Of a stretch of 32,765 bases of DNA, positions 31,995 to 32,765 are shown one piece after another. Within the stretch, counting starts at the first letter, position 1; each line of letters opens with the position of its first letter. Origin of the DNA: an uncultured delta proteobacterium (GTDB lineage Bacteria > Desulfobacterota > Syntrophia > Syntrophales > UBA2192); NCBI GenBank assembly GCA_963705165.1, contig CAVPJD010000035.1, positions 1 to 32,765 of the forward strand, written 5' to 3'. A program made the position numbers and the translations under genes. The notes beneath the pieces are model-generated. The model searched no databases. It was given only the letters and a program-made list of their open reading frames with translations, and was not told where the DNA came from.

Positions 31995-32765
31995 ATGACA
32001 CCCGGCCGTTGCCGTTGTGGGGCTGGGTGGTGCTGGTGGCCCTGCTCTTTCCGGCTGGGCTGACGGCCCCTGTCCTGGCCGACGGCTGATCCTGGATGCC
32101 CGGCCGGCCGGGATGCAGGGCCGCAACTGGACGCGGCTCTCATTTCGCCTCTTTCTTCGCCGCGGGCCGAACCGGCGGACGGCGAAAGCAGCTACGTCGT
32201 GCAGCCCGGAGACACTCGGCTGCCATCGGACACGTTTGGATGTTGACATGGCCGCCCTGGCGGCGCGTAACGGGCTGGCGAACCCGGATCGTCTTCTCCC
32301 CGGGCAGGGCTGAAGGTGGGTGACCTCGGGCGGTGTCGTGCCCAGGCTGCCCGAGGACGGCGTGCTGGCACGCGTGCAGTTGTGGCCCTGGCCGCCGGCG
32401 CAGGGGCAGACGCTGGCCGTCTGGCTGCAAGCACGCGAACCGGTGACGCTCAGCGTGCGGCTGGAGGATCGGGCCTATCCTGTGGTGGCGCAAGGGCAGC
32501 ACGGTTGGACCTTGATTCCCATCCCGTCGCTGGCCCGGCCCGGCCCCCAGGAGGCTGACGGTCACCGCCGGCGCGCAGACACGGTGCCCTTCGGCGTGCC
32601 TGTGGAGGCCGGCAGCTTCGCTCACCGACAAGATCCCTGCCTCGGCCAGCGCCCGATCCTATCGCATCCCGACAAGGTGAAGGCCGAGCGGAGCAGTTGG
32701 CCGGGATCTTCGGACGCGCATCACACCGGATGGCTGGACAGCACGAAGCCGGTTCCTGTTGCCCC
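31995..32765 (+). CDS. LysM-containing exported protein, probably M23-family peptidase; truncated by the window end, many indels
   Basis: Hydrophobic N-terminus; YVVQPGDT...LAARNGLANPDRLLPGQ (LysM); then QGQTLAVWL..LIPIP..LTVT. The catalytic domain is not visible, so M23 is inferred. Confidence 0.6.

Overview
GC-rich bacterial window in three blocks. (1) 1-11537: housekeeping genes in a Desulfobacterota/deltaproteobacterial-style arrangement (taxonomy is my inference). These are the 3' end of an OsmC-like gene, a minus-strand nadA-mfd-PPIase-surA-uvrA run and a divergent moeA. The intergenic gaps repeatedly carry a CCCCCTTT..AAAGGGGG palindrome coupled to short 7-8 nt tandem arrays. (2) ~11800-29800: a DUF362 + prenyltransferase/squalene-oxidase-repeat gene pair, transcribed divergently across a ~1 kb AT-rich control region from a complete Tad/Flp (type IVc) pilus locus with a sigma54-type promoter. 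The locus has two Flp pilins (both missing from the ORF track), prepilin peptidase, CpaB, secretin, a small lipoprotein, two TadE-like pseudopilins, a vWA TadG-like protein, CpaE, CpaF, TadB, TadC, a TPR-LytR_C protein, a TPR lipoprotein and an extra wHTH-AAA+ ATPase. A 52-aa zinc-ribbon ORF follows. (3) ~29880-32765: an abrupt switch, inside a headless gene, to a GH99/GH71-like hydrolase, hpt and a LysM/M23-like gene that look Chloroflexi-like, suggesting a chimeric join. Single-base indels break many genes and become denser rightwards. They are most likely long-read consensus errors, so the boundaries of frameshifted genes are approximate. All calls come from motif recognition by eye; no searches were run.
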